The translations under genes were made by a program, and so were the position numbers. From contig CP154954.1 in the NCBI GenBank assembly GCA_039621445.1, positions 47,409,847-47,473,846 on the forward strand: a DNA stretch of 64,000 nt, read 5' to 3'. This document shows positions 1 through 10,437 of this stretch, piece after piece (position 1 is the first letter of the stretch; each line of letters opens with the position of its first letter). The DNA is from Euglena gracilis (taxonomy: Eukaryota). Under the pieces are notes generated by a model, which searched no databases, was not told where the DNA came from, and saw nothing but the letters and a program-made list of their open reading frames with translations.

Positions 1-79
1 CTCCATGGTAGTCGGGAAGAGTTCAGAGGGCTGGGGGATGCGGGCACGGGCCAGCGAGTGGTGGGGGGTGGGGGGTGCA

Positions 80-991
80 TCATGGGGTGTGATCGGGGTC
101 GGACCATGGTACGGCGGGGAAGGATCCAACACCGACGGTGCGCTGCCGTTGTTGCGGCGGATGAGTTGGGAGAGGAATCCCGGGGACGCAACGTGGGTCA
201 TCGGAAGGATCCAACAGCGGTGGCGGTGGTCGGAATACGTGTTCTTGGATCCATTCGACGATGCACTCCGCCACCACCCCCGCGGACGTGTCGGAGTTGG
301 TGTGGACCGCATTGGGTATGGGGTTCTGGACGGGCATGTGGGTGGGCGGGTGCTGCCGCGGCTGGCTGTGTCCCACGGCGGGGTGGGGGGTGTGGACGCT
401 GGTGTGTGCGCTGCTGTGGTGGCACGCGGGCAGCGCGCCCTCCAGGATGGGTCGGAGTGTGGGCCAACAGCCCTTGGCGAACGCGTGACTGCGGTGGGCC
501 AAACCGGCGAATACCACCCCGGATACGGAGCAGGTTTCCAAGGATTGGCCACCGGACCGACATTCCCGCATCCCCAGTTGCCGCAGGATCTTGGGAAAGG
601 CGGGGTCGTCCCAGGGGATGTGCCGCCAGAGGGCGTCGGCTGCGGGCCGGCTCCGTTCGATGGCCGCCTCCACCCGGTCGATCCACCCGCACCACCGCTC
701 GGCGGGGACGTCCGCGGGCCGGGCCGGGTAGCCCCGCCGGGCGCGGGCCAGTAGGCATTTCCAGTACCAAAATTCCGCGTCCGTCCACAGGCGCCCGCCC
801 GATGGCCGGGGATGCCGCTGCCGATGCTCCGCCTCGAGCCGCTGGCGGTGTTCGGCCTGTTCGACCAGCGCGGCGCGCTTGCGCTTGGCGTACCACCGGG
901 CGCTGGCGACCTTCTTGCGGAGTTTGCGGTGGCGGGTCCACTCCTCCGGGGTGACGGCGGCCCGGCGCACGCGCGGACATCGTTGGCGCAT
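80..991 (-). CDS. Hypothetical protein, 303 aa, with N-terminal basic region + helical segment (bZIP-like, possibly DNA-binding)
   Basis: ORF intact in both copies. RHRKLRKKVASARWYAKRKR is followed by a helical E/Q/R-rich segment. The C-terminal half looks less coding-like. Confidence 0.55.
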   Translation of the reverse strand: MRQRCPRVRRAAVTPEEWTRHRKLRKKVASARWYAKRKRAALVEQAEHRQRLEAEHRQRHPRPSGGRLWTDAEFWYWKCLLARARRGYPARPADVPAERWCGWIDRVEAAIERSRPAADALWRHIPWDDPAFPKILRQLGMRECRSGGQSLETCSVSGVVFAGLAHRSHAFAKGCWPTLRPILEGALPACHHSSAHTSVHTPHPAVGHSQPRQHPPTHMPVQNPIPNAVHTNSDTSAGVVAECIVEWIQEHVFRPPPPLLDPSDDPRCVPGIPLPTHPPQQRQRTVGVGSFPAVPWSDPDHTP

Positions 992-2006
992 CTACTGCCC
1001 GAACAGGTGCTGCAGGGAGCGGGAGAGGGTGGATTCGGCCAGGGGTACCCGGTGGTACTTCACCAGATTTTGGGGGTGGGTGAGGGAACTCAGGGGGTGG
1101 TGCGCCGCCCGGGTGAGCTGGGACCAGGACTCCGGGGTGAGTTCCGTGCGGGTGGGTGTCTTCGGGTGCGTGAGCCCCACGGACGGATCCGCCCCCCGGA
1201 TGTTGGCCACCCGCTCCGGCTCCACCGCCTTCAGGTGCTGGTGATCCGCGGGGGCGGGCAGACGGCGCCGCTCCATCTCGCGCTTCATGCGGTCGAGGAA
1301 GACGCAGAGGACCTCCGTCTCCTCGGGGAACCATTCGGCCACGTTCCAGTCGAGGCACCCCAGGGAGTTGTTGATGCAGATGCCGTTGAAGTTCTTGTCG
1401 ACCTCCCCGGTGCGGGGGTTGACGACGGAGCAGGTGTGCTGGTTGTAGATCCCCTTGAATTCCCGGAAGCGCTCGTAGTGTCCGGTCATGGAGATGAGCT
1501 CCCGGTAGATGCTTTCCAGGAGTTTTTCGTTGGTCGTTGGTCACGCGGGGTGTGGGTGACGTTCTGCCGGAGGAACGGGGACAGGGTGTGCCCCGAGGTC
1601 AGCGAGTGGTAGCACAGGCAGACGCTGAGCCGCTTGTGGCGGGCGACGGACAGCAGCCCCACGAAGTGGCGGTCGGTCCGGAAGGCCTCGTTCATCCCCA
1701 CGTCGTCCAGCCAGAGGAAGGTCCGGGGGATGGCGTGGGGGGCGACGGTGGCGTCCGTCCGCTGCAGGAACGCCGCGGAGAGGTCGGGGTGTACTCCGAG
1801 GTGATGAACACCTTGTCCCGGAACGGCTGGAGCCACGCGTACGAGTTCGCGGCCTCGAACAGGTACGTGGGCAGGACCAGGAAGTACTGGTCGAACACGT
1901 TGTTGCGGAGCAGCCACATGAGCAGCGTCATGACCCGGAAGGACTTGCCGCCACCCTTCTGTCCCAGGCACAACAGGATGGGCGCCTGGTACGGGTCGCG
2001 GAACAT
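992..2006 (-). CDS. A32/FtsK-HerA-like genome packaging ATPase (frameshifted in copy 1)
   Basis: Walker A LCLGQKGGGKS, Walker B FLWLDD, ARHKRLSVCLCYHS motif. Split by indels near 1790 and 1535 relative to the intact copy 2. Confidence 0.8.
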
Positions 2007-2062
2007 CTCCTGCAGCTGCGCCTGGAGGTCCACCTGGGGCGGCGACACCGCCGCGGTGTCGC

Positions 2063-2299
2063 CTAGCTGCGGGCGAAGTTGTACCGGGGCAGCCACGGCA
2101 GGCGCGCGGCGAGCGCCAGCGGGCGCTGCAGGACGTTGTTGTTGCGGGGCTCCTTGCCGCTGCGCCATCGGTTGGCGGGACGGAGCGTGCCGCCCCGGAT
2201 CAGAACGTCGCGGAGGGGGGTGAAGGCGCGGGACTGCTTGGACGCTCCGGGGGAGACGATGTGCCCGGCGACCGTGGACGCGGTGGAGCGGCGGGGCAT
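2063..2299 (-). CDS. Small basic (Arg-rich) protein, ~78 aa, possible core/DNA-condensing protein
   Basis: ATG lies 7 nt after GTTGGATCC. Strongly G/C-ending codons. Conserved in copy 2 with an in-frame indel. Confidence 0.55.
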   Translation of the reverse strand: MPRRSTASTVAGHIVSPGASKQSRAFTPLRDVLIRGGTLRPANRWRSGKEPRNNNVLQRPLALAARLPWLPRYNFARS

Positions 2300-2320
2300 G
2301 CGCGAAGGATCCAACGACAC

Positions 2321-5300
2321 CTATTGACCGCTGGAGGCGAAGCTTTCGAGTGAGTCCCGGAAGCGGTTGCACCGGCGCCAGGCGGGGACCATGGCCTCGC
2401 GCAGGGGGGCGAAGACCCGCTGCAGGCGGGCCTGGCCGGGATGGATGACGTGGCGGGCCACGACGTTGAACCGCCCCGGGGCGTACGCCTGCACGGGGCC
2501 CGGGCTGCTCCCCCCCGACGCGTACGCCTGCACGGGCCCCTGGCTCGGCAGCGGATCCAGTAGGGCCGAGGGTGGTCCCATCCAGGCGGGGGAGTCCACG
2601 AACTGGGTGGGTAGGGGGGTGTTGTCGAAGATGCGGGCTGGCGGGCTGCTGCCGGCAAGCGTTTGGGTGGACGGGCTGTCGCCGATGATCGTTTGGGTGG
2701 AGAGGGTGGCCTCCGACCCGGTGGGAGCCGTGGACCGTCCGCTCCCCCCGACCACCGCGGGGGGTCGTACCTCGTGGAAAAAATTCCAGTGGCGCTTGGC
2801 GTCGGCCACTTCGGGGGGGTCGAACAGGCGGTCGTCGTCGGGCAGTTGCACGTCCCGCGGGCCCTGCCATCCCGGTGGCAGTTTCCGCTGGCGAACGAGT
2901 TCGTCGAAGATGAACTTGCGCCGTGCGATGTGGTAGAACAGGTGCAGTTCCAGACGCACGTGTTTGTTGTCCCAGTGACTGGCCAGCCTCCGGGCCTCGA
3001 CGCGGTCGCCCCTCCGGATTGCGCCCGTGAAGGCCTCCACCCAGTCCTCCGCCTGGGTGCGGAGGGTGTCGATCCAGCGCTGCGCGCGCACCAGAACGTC
3101 GCGGTTGGTGGGAAATTCGACATCCATCATCACGGGCCCGTCGCCCCCCATCCCCCCCGGGAGTTCGGGCAGGTTGGTTTCGTTTGGGAGGTCGTCGACG
3201 ACCTCGTCGTACACCTGCCATTGGTAGATAACTTTGTCGTCGTCGTCCTCACTGCGGGCTGTGAGCTGTGTGGACTGGGTCGGTTGTGTGGACTGGTTCG
3301 GGATGGTGAACTGCGTCGACTGTGACTGTGGCTGTGTCGATTGCGGTGCGGTGGACTGGGTGTTGATGAGGTGCCACGAGGCCTGCGAATCGTCGGGGGG
3401 GTCCGGCAACGGGTGCCATTGCTCGTGAAACAGGCGGCGGATGTTCCCCGCGCTGTCCTGGGGTCGCCAGTCGTAGCGGAACCGCATCATCCGGGACCCG
3501 TAGTCCCACCATTGGTTGCGGAATTCGGGGCGCATCGGCAGTGTCGGGGCGGGGCGGACCGGGGGTACGGGCAGCCGCGCGAGGGTCTGCCAGACCCCGA
3601 GTTCCGAGCCGGAGTTGGGGAACTCCCGGGCCACGGACGCCAACCACTGGTTGCGGACCGCCGCGAGTTGGACCAGGACCTCGCGCTGCGTGGGGGTCCA
3701 GTAGGCCGTCCCCATCCGCTGGTCGTTTACGACACCCTCCCATCGGGGTCCGGGGTCCCACAGGCCGTTCGCGGCGGCGTAGAGGACGACGTCCAGGTCG
3801 GTCTGCACCTCCTGGACGCTCTGTGGCACCTCTCGGTCGTCGTACGGCGGAATCTCCCGCCGGGGCCAGGTCCCCTGGATGCCGCGGAACACGCCGTGTT
3901 GTACCAGGTACTGGTAGGGGTATACCCACAGGCTGTTGTCGTCCATCCGGTTCCGGAGACGGGCCTCCAGGTTCCGGATCATTTTTTTCACGTCCGCCTT
4001 CATCGATGCGTCCATTTTTCCGCCCAGGATGCGCTCCAGGGCCGCGTCGTCCCGTAGCAGGGACAACTGCGCGGCCACGATCGCCCAGTACCGGGCGAAG
4101 GTGTACGGGGTGCGGTTTCGCAGGGCATCCAGGTCGAGTTCGTCCGCGTGGTTGCCGAAGTCCCGCCGCAGCCTTCCGAGGATGCGCCGCTGCTGTTCCG
4201 CCGCGCTGCGCGATGCGGCCCGGGGGCTGGGTGTGTGATCGACGGGTGCGCCCGGCGGGGCCGGGAGTGCGATGACGGACGGGGTGGACGACGGGGTGAC
4301 GGACATATCCGCGTCCCCCCCCCTCCGGAGACCCGCCGGGGCTGCTGCGGATCAACGTGGCGGTGGAGGGGGTCGCGGTGGTCGGGGAGGCGGGGGGTGA
4401 GAGCCGGTCCACGTACGCCTGGGCCAGGGGGTGCAGTTCCATGCGCGGGGGCGGTTGTCCCGCACGCCCCACGACGGACAGGGCCTGGGAGGGTTTCGGT
4501 GAGGACGCGACGGGTATCGGGGAGTCCGCGACGACGGTCGCGTTGCGCTTCTTCTCCTTCCGGGCCTCGTCCCGCAGTTTCCGCTGCTCGCGCTCCCACT
4601 CGGCCCGCCGCGCGGGGTCCCGGGGCCGGCCCTTGGGCGGTCCCCGTTTGCGCCCCGCGGGGGGGACGACCACGACCTGCGACAGCCGGATCATGTCGTC
4701 CGGACCGCCGGGCGGTACGCGCCGCCGGCTGGGAGTCTGCCAGCCGGTGGTGGTGGACGAGGCGGCCGCGGGGTTCGCGGCCGCGGCCGCGGCCCGCTCC
4801 TCCTCCGCCTGCGCCTGGGACCGGGTGACCACCCGGCTCCGCCCGATGTTGGTGCGCGCGCGGTACAGGTTGGGGTACAACTGCGAACCCACCCGGGCGA
4901 GGCGCCGCTGCACGGCGGCCCGCGCCAGTTCCGACCGGGGGACCTGGCTCCCGATGACGCGTCGGGGGCGGACCCCGCCCAGTCGCACCCGCAGCGGTGC
5001 GCTGGTGGGTGCCGGGGCCGGTGGTGGGGCTACGGCTCCCGAACCCGCCCCGGCGGGGTCGTCTGCCATGGACAACTGGGTGGCGTCTTCGTCGTCGTCC
5101 GCGTCCAGAACGGTGGCCTGCGTGTCGTCGGGAACGGTCACCGCGGACGCCGCGGACGGCGGCGGCGGCGGTGCCGTGGAGGGGGTGAGGGTGGAGAGCG
5201 GGGTGCTCGCGTCCGGGGAGAACAACGGTGCGGACGCGTCGTCGTCCGCCGCCGCCGGCGGGGGTGAATCCGAGTCGGAGAACAGCGGCATAGACTCCGC

Positions 5301-6092
5301 CTCGATCTTCTCCTCCGCCGCGGCGGCGACCGCCCGTTGCCGGGCAGCCTCCACCGCTTCGTCGCGCTTTTGTGAGCGCTGGAATTCGGCCTGCCGTCGA
5401 TTCCGGGGCCGGGACGGCTCCGCCTCGTAGTCCGGTATCCAGGCGTCCTTGACGTTGTCCTGGGCGCCCACCGCGGCCACCTGGGTGGTGTCGTGCAGCG
5501 GGGGCTCGACGGCCGGCAGCCCCTTGTCGGTGTACTCCGCCAGCCGCTCCATCACCATGAGCGTCATGGTCGTCTTGTTGGCCTCGCTGATCACGTCGTG
5601 CTGCCAGTGCGCGTCGTTGATGTACGGGACGCCGTCCGTGGTGGATGACGTCGCGGCCCCCTCCCCCTCCGCCACCGGGTTGGTGCGGAAGTAGCCCCCC
5701 ATGTCGGGGATGACGGAGTGGTCGCTCTTCAGCATGAGGTACGCGAACTCGGTGCGGGTGACCTTCCCCGTCTTCACCAGCTCCTTCCAGTGGGCGGCGA
5801 GGTAGCCCTGGGCCCGCCGGGTCATTCCGGCGATGCTCTGCAGCACCTCCGCATCCAGTTGCCAGTCGGAACCGGGGTCGGGCGGTTTCGCCCGCAGCCG
5901 CCGGTACAGCTCGCGGGTCAGCAGGGATCGGGTGTAGTCCGTCCACAGCCGGTCCAGGCGCCGGCGCTCCGCGCTGGTCAGGCTCCGCCCCACTGCGGCC
6001 CGCAGGCGGTCGTTGGTGAACGCCGCGGTGGTGTGGGTGATCCGCACCTCGGTGTCGTCGTCGACGACGGGAACGGTGGGTGCCGAGGCCAT
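2321..6092 (-). CDS. Large low-complexity protein (~1,250 aa), unknown function
   Basis: The 947-aa and 661-aa ORFs join across a C-homopolymer at ~4315-4323, where copy 2 reads through (GGDADMSV). Start is preceded by GTTGGATCC. Confidence 0.65.
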
Positions 6093-6101
6093 GCGTCGCT
6101 G

Positions 6102-6177
6102 GGATCCAACAGCGGGGGTGGTGGTTGCGATTCAATCAGTACTGCCAACTCGGCGAACAACCCGGTTTGTTGGATCC
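6102..6177. promoter_or_regulatory. Divergent pair of GTTGGATCC motifs (putative bidirectional promoter)
   Basis: GGATCCAAC at 6102-6110 points to the minus-strand ATG at 6092. GTTGGATCC at 6169-6177 points to the MCP ATG at 6192. Same arrangement in copy 2. Confidence 0.65.
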
Positions 6178-6191
6178 TTTTTTTGCGCACC

Positions 6192-7805
6192 ATGTCGGAC
6201 CACTACGCCGTCGTGGGACAGAACAATCGGAACCTGCTGGTGCAGTCGCGGCGCCTGGCGCCCTTCCACGAGGACATCACGCGCCGGCAGCCCTTCGAGC
6301 CGGCCAGTGTGGCCCCGGGCCAGTACACCCGCATCAAGCTGGATTTCAAGCACGCCACGGACCGGGAGCTGGTGCTGAACGACATCCGGCTGCGCTTCGG
6401 CCTGGACTTCAGCGCCCGGCCCAACACGGGCAACGTCTTCGCCGTGCGGGCCCCGGACCTGAGCCGGGAGATGACCATCAAGATCAACGAGGACATCGTA
6501 TTCCGCGCCGACCGCATGCGCGAGCTCACCCACCTCTACGTGATGAACGCCGCCAAGCTGGCGGGCGAGCGCAACGAGGTCCGCGACGCCTTCCTGATGA
6601 ACGCCGGGGTGGTCCCGGCGGGCTACAGTCCGACCTTCAGCTACCGGACCGCGGACAAGGGCTGGTACGTCGACAGCGGCAGCCAGCTGTCCATCGACAA
6701 CGTCAACATCAAGGTGAGCGACGTGACCCGCGCGGGTCTGGAGCGGGACGACGGTCTGCCCCGGATGATCTGGAGTGACAAGGTCACCGGGACGCCGTAC
6801 AAGTTCGTCTTCGACATCAGCCTCAACCAGTTGTGCGGCCCCATCTTCCACCGCCTGCACCTGCGGCGCGTGGAGTTCGTGCAGATCGACCTCATGTTCG
6901 AGCCGTGGGTGTCCGCCCAGCAGACCCAAAAATTCCTGCTGTTCGCCACCGACCCGTCGTCCGGGGGCGCCCACCCCTACTCCGTGGCCCGCATCACCGA
7001 CCTGGAGGTCCGGCAGTACCGCACCACCCTCCTGGACGGCATCCACGGGTTCACGCTGCCCCCGGCGCGCATGCTGTCGTGGCTCATGCACCGCTACAGC
7101 ATGCGGGAGTACAACTTCGACTTCAGCAACCCGTCCAACTTCCTGGACATCCCCCTCAACGACTGGGAGATCCGGACGAACATCGTCCGCATCTGGTGGA
7201 TGCTGGCCCCGAAGAACCCCCAGCCGAACGGCAACGGCTTCGAGCCGCTGTTCGCGCCCTGCGAGCCCTACGAGCGCCTGATCGGCGTGGAGATCCGCTG
7301 GAAGAACGACAAGGTCCTGGACCTCGACACCCTGTTCCAGGTGTACCGCCACTACGTGCTGTCGGACAACAAGCGCTTCAGCCTGGCGGACCCCTACGTG
7401 CGCTTCCAGCGCCTGCTGGCCCCCGACCCCCCGGGGCGCCAGGTGGACACCGACCTCACCTACTACACGTGGAACGAGACGACGCGCGACCCCAACCTCA
7501 TCGGGCGCGAGCGCTACGAGATCCCCATGTACCACGTCGACCTCTCCATGAACATCCAGTCCGGGGTGCCGGGGGCGGAGATCGTGGGGGGCATCGTCAA
7601 CGACACCAGCGACTACGTCATCCGCCTCAAGAACGTCATCCGCGACGACAGCGCCCCCACCAGCGACCCGTTTGTGCACGCCGCCGACGGGGTGCGGAAG
7701 ATCTACGTGTGGATCGAGTACCAGACCCTCGTCAACCTCGCGGCCCACTCCAACCAGTTCTCGCGCTGCAGCCAGGTGGTCACCAAGCAGCTCAACGTAC
7801 AGTGA
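6192..7805 (+). CDS. Major capsid protein, double jelly-roll type (537 aa)
   Basis: Size and alternating-hydrophobic beta-strand pattern in two halves (RIKLDF, IRLRFGLDF, VQIDLMF, IVRIWWML, IYVWIEY). Very high GC3. Linked to a packaging ATPase. Confidence 0.75.
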   Translation: MSDHYAVVGQNNRNLLVQSRRLAPFHEDITRRQPFEPASVAPGQYTRIKLDFKHATDRELVLNDIRLRFGLDFSARPNTGNVFAVRAPDLSREMTIKINEDIVFRADRMRELTHLYVMNAAKLAGERNEVRDAFLMNAGVVPAGYSPTFSYRTADKGWYVDSGSQLSIDNVNIKVSDVTRAGLERDDGLPRMIWSDKVTGTPYKFVFDISLNQLCGPIFHRLHLRRVEFVQIDLMFEPWVSAQQTQKFLLFATDPSSGGAHPYSVARITDLEVRQYRTTLLDGIHGFTLPPARMLSWLMHRYSMREYNFDFSNPSNFLDIPLNDWEIRTNIVRIWWMLAPKNPQPNGNGFEPLFAPCEPYERLIGVEIRWKNDKVLDLDTLFQVYRHYVLSDNKRFSLADPYVRFQRLLAPDPPGRQVDTDLTYYTWNETTRDPNLIGRERYEIPMYHVDLSMNIQSGVPGAEIVGGIVNDTSDYVIRLKNVIRDDSAPTSDPFVHAADGVRKIYVWIEYQTLVNLAAHSNQFSRCSQVVTKQLNVQ

Positions 7806-7813
7806 CCGCGCGA

Positions 7814-8209
7814 ATGGCAACGTTGGATAATTTCGCGACCGTCTACGGTCCGGGCTCCCGCGCCCGGCAGACCAGCTACGCCGACCGCCTGCGCAACCTC
7901 CAGTACAACCTCCCCGACTCCGCGGCGCGGGGGTGGGACCTGCGGTCCGCGCTGCCGGTGGCCCCCGTCCAGCCGTACGACCCGGGGATGCACACCTCGG
8001 AGCGCCCCAGCCCCCTGATCGAGGAGCGGCGGACGCCGCGGGGGATGCAGGGCTATTTCGTGCCGCTGGTTCCCCGCCCCCAGCGCCGGGTGGGCGACAC
8101 GGCCGACGGGGTGCTGCTGTACGACGCCCGCGGGAACGTCGGCGCGCAGTGGCTCCGGCGGACCACGGCCCCGGTCCGCACCTACGGCCGCTTCCATCCC
8201 TACGTGTAA
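7814..8209 (+). CDS. Hypothetical protein, 131 aa
   Basis: Fills the gap after MCP, high GC3, conserved in copy 2. Confidence 0.6.
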   Translation: MATLDNFATVYGPGSRARQTSYADRLRNLQYNLPDSAARGWDLRSALPVAPVQPYDPGMHTSERPSPLIEERRTPRGMQGYFVPLVPRPQRRVGDTADGVLLYDARGNVGAQWLRRTTAPVRTYGRFHPYV

Positions 8210-8238
8210 CCACCACCGTCCTTGGATTCTTCGGGTCC

Positions 8239-8547
8239 ATGGCGCTGTTGCAGAACACCATGGTGCAGCCCCTGCATTTCGGGTCCCAGCTCATCCAGGA
8301 GCTGGGCCACGCGATCCACCCCCTGGTGCACGCCGTGGAGCAGCCCATCGACAACGTCGTGCGGAACACCACCAACGTGGTCTCGGGGGTCTTCCGTCTG
8401 AATCTGGCCCTGTTGGCCGCCCTTCCCTACGCCGCCGTGGCCTTCATGGGCTGGACCTTCGTCGGCAACTTCTTCCCCCGGGAGAAGCGCCGTCTGGAGG
8501 CGTCGGTGGGTTCGGCGGTGCGCCGGATCCGGCGCCGTCTCCTCTGA
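8239..8547 (+). CDS. Small putative membrane protein, 102 aa
   Basis: Hydrophobic LNLALLAALPYAAVAFMGWTFV followed by a basic tail. TTGGAT motif upstream. Confidence 0.65.
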   Translation: MALLQNTMVQPLHFGSQLIQELGHAIHPLVHAVEQPIDNVVRNTTNVVSGVFRLNLALLAALPYAAVAFMGWTFVGNFFPREKRRLEASVGSAVRRIRRRLL

Positions 8548-8578
8548 AACCACCCGCACCGTTGGATTGTACCGTGGC

Positions 8579-9268
8579 ATGGCGTGGTTGCTCGGCCCCC
8601 CGAACGATCCCCGGATGGTGGCCGGTGGCAAGCGGGGGCTCGACGAGCGCATCCGGCAGGATCCCGTGCTGAACATCCTGTGGCGACAGCGACCCCAGCG
8701 GCCGGTGATCCTCACCGGGAACCTCATCGTCGGCGGGGGGCAGAAGCCCCTGGACCCGGCGCTGCCGCTGCCGGACCACCCCGAACGCTACCCCCACGTG
8801 GCCCTGCTCCCCGCGGACTACGAGAACGTCGCCAACGGACGGCCCATCGAGCACACCGCGGACGGCGAGCCCATCGCCCGCAACGCGTGGGAGCACCTCC
8901 GGTGGCAGGCGACGTACCACCCGTGGACCCTGGTGCGCGCCGTCTTCGAGACCTTCGGCCGCGCGGCGGGCTGGGTGGTGTGGAACTACGCGGACTTCGC
9001 GGCGCAGTTCCGCGCCTGGGACGGGACCTGGACGGGTCTCGTGCACCACAGCGCGCTGATCTGGCGGGGGTTGGTGGTGGCGGCGCTGACGCTGGGCCTC
9101 GTGGAGGTGGGGCCCCTCCTGGGCGCCCTGGCCCAGTGGACGCGGCTCGTGTGGGAGCTCCTGCGTGCGGCGTTCGGGTTGGCCGCGGATGCGGCGCAGG
9201 TCCTGTGGTGGTCCCTCGGCCGCCTGTGGGACGACGTTGTAGGCATGGTTGGCATCGGACGATCCTAA
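8579..9268 (+). CDS. Trp-rich putative membrane protein, 229 aa
   Basis: Hydrophobic LIWRGLVVAALTLGLVEVGPLLGALA and amphipathic Trp-rich helices. GTTGGAT upstream. Confidence 0.65.
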   Translation: MAWLLGPPNDPRMVAGGKRGLDERIRQDPVLNILWRQRPQRPVILTGNLIVGGGQKPLDPALPLPDHPERYPHVALLPADYENVANGRPIEHTADGEPIARNAWEHLRWQATYHPWTLVRAVFETFGRAAGWVVWNYADFAAQFRAWDGTWTGLVHHSALIWRGLVVAALTLGLVEVGPLLGALAQWTRLVWELLRAAFGLAADAAQVLWWSLGRLWDDVVGMVGIGRS

Positions 9269-9300
9269 TCGCCACCGTTGGATCTTTTTGACAAAGCGGC

Positions 9301-10413
9301 ATGATTCACCGTCTGCGCATCAACAACTCCACCGAGTTCCTCCCCTCCCGGGGGGGCACGGTCCCCGACGACAAGGGAAAGGTGCAAATCGCCGGAAACT
9401 ATTTTTATCCGGTGGGTGACAGCATGGTCACCCCGCCCGAGCCCCAGGCCTACAAGGACGTGAGCTCGGACCGCCGGGAGGGGCTGTCCAGCTTCTTCGC
9501 GTTCGGGAAGCGCTCCGCGGAGCGCGGGGCCTTCCAGCAGGCCCACATGACCCCGAGCGGGGAGCCCGGGGTGCTGAACCTGGCGCTGATGAACAACCAG
9601 GGGGTCCCCATCGCCGGGGCCCCCTTCAAGTGGGGCAACCGGCGCATGCGCACCGATGCCAAGGGCATGTTCAAGTACGTGGACCGGGACTACTTCCAAA
9701 CGGCCATCTCCCTCGAAAACGAGCGCGTGTCCTACGTGACCCAGATGATTTCGCTGGTGATCGGCATGCCGGCCGAGAACGTGATCAACCTGTTCGGATG
9801 GGACTTCTACGAGGCGCTGGCCGGGGACGCGGACCCCTACCCCGTGGGGGAGAACGCCCGGAAGGCGGTGGACCTGTACGCGAGCTACCTCAGCACGGCC
9901 GGGATCACCGAGGACGTGGCCCGGCGCAAACTGCAACTCTTCAGCCGCTACGCGGACGCGGAGTGCTCCCCCGAGATCATCAGCAACTTCGGCGACAACG
10001 ACCCCGAGTGGAGCCGGTCCTTCAACAAGCTCGCCCTGCTCATCGAGTACCAGCCCACCGCCATCCTGTTTGACCACGGATCCCTGGATCCCCTCGACGC
10101 CGCGGGGGTGATCCACGGCGACAAGGGGGCCCACAACGTGGGCCCGTTGTCCGAGGACGCCCAAAACATACAGACCGCCGCCCGTGTAAAACCCATGTCC
10201 CAGAGCTTCGCGGACTCCAACCGACCGGGCACGAACATGCGGACCCGGAGCAAGGCGGCGGAGGCGGCAATGGCAGCAGAGGCCGCCATGGCGGCTCAAA
10301 AACAGGCCGAGATACAACAACAACAGGCCATAGCACAACAACAGGCAATGGCACAACAACAGGCACAGGTATACACCCAACAAAATGCCTTAGCCCTCAT
10401 GCCGAACGTGTAA
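9301..10413 (+). CDS. Hypothetical protein, 370 aa, Ala/Gln-rich C-terminal coiled coil
   Basis: Intact in both copies with mostly synonymous differences. GTTGGATC upstream. Confidence 0.75.
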   Translation: MIHRLRINNSTEFLPSRGGTVPDDKGKVQIAGNYFYPVGDSMVTPPEPQAYKDVSSDRREGLSSFFAFGKRSAERGAFQQAHMTPSGEPGVLNLALMNNQGVPIAGAPFKWGNRRMRTDAKGMFKYVDRDYFQTAISLENERVSYVTQMISLVIGMPAENVINLFGWDFYEALAGDADPYPVGENARKAVDLYASYLSTAGITEDVARRKLQLFSRYADAECSPEIISNFGDNDPEWSRSFNKLALLIEYQPTAILFDHGSLDPLDAAGVIHGDKGAHNVGPLSEDAQNIQTAARVKPMSQSFADSNRPGTNMRTRSKAAEAAMAAEAAMAAQKQAEIQQQQAIAQQQAMAQQQAQVYTQQNALALMPNV

Positions 10414-10437
10414 CAACACGACGTTGGATCCCTCGCC

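Noticed and set aside
5718-6191. N-terminal extension of the MCP in the 695-aa ORF call
   Set aside because: It overlaps the divergent gene, is not conserved in frame in copy 2, and the motif places the start at 6192.
6132-8375. Long antisense/alternate-frame ORFs (e.g. 747 aa here, 893 aa at 36524-39205, 715 aa at 30969-33116)
   Set aside because: Shadow ORFs caused by high GC3 on the true coding frame. They have Arg/Pro/Gly- or Val-biased composition and no motifs.
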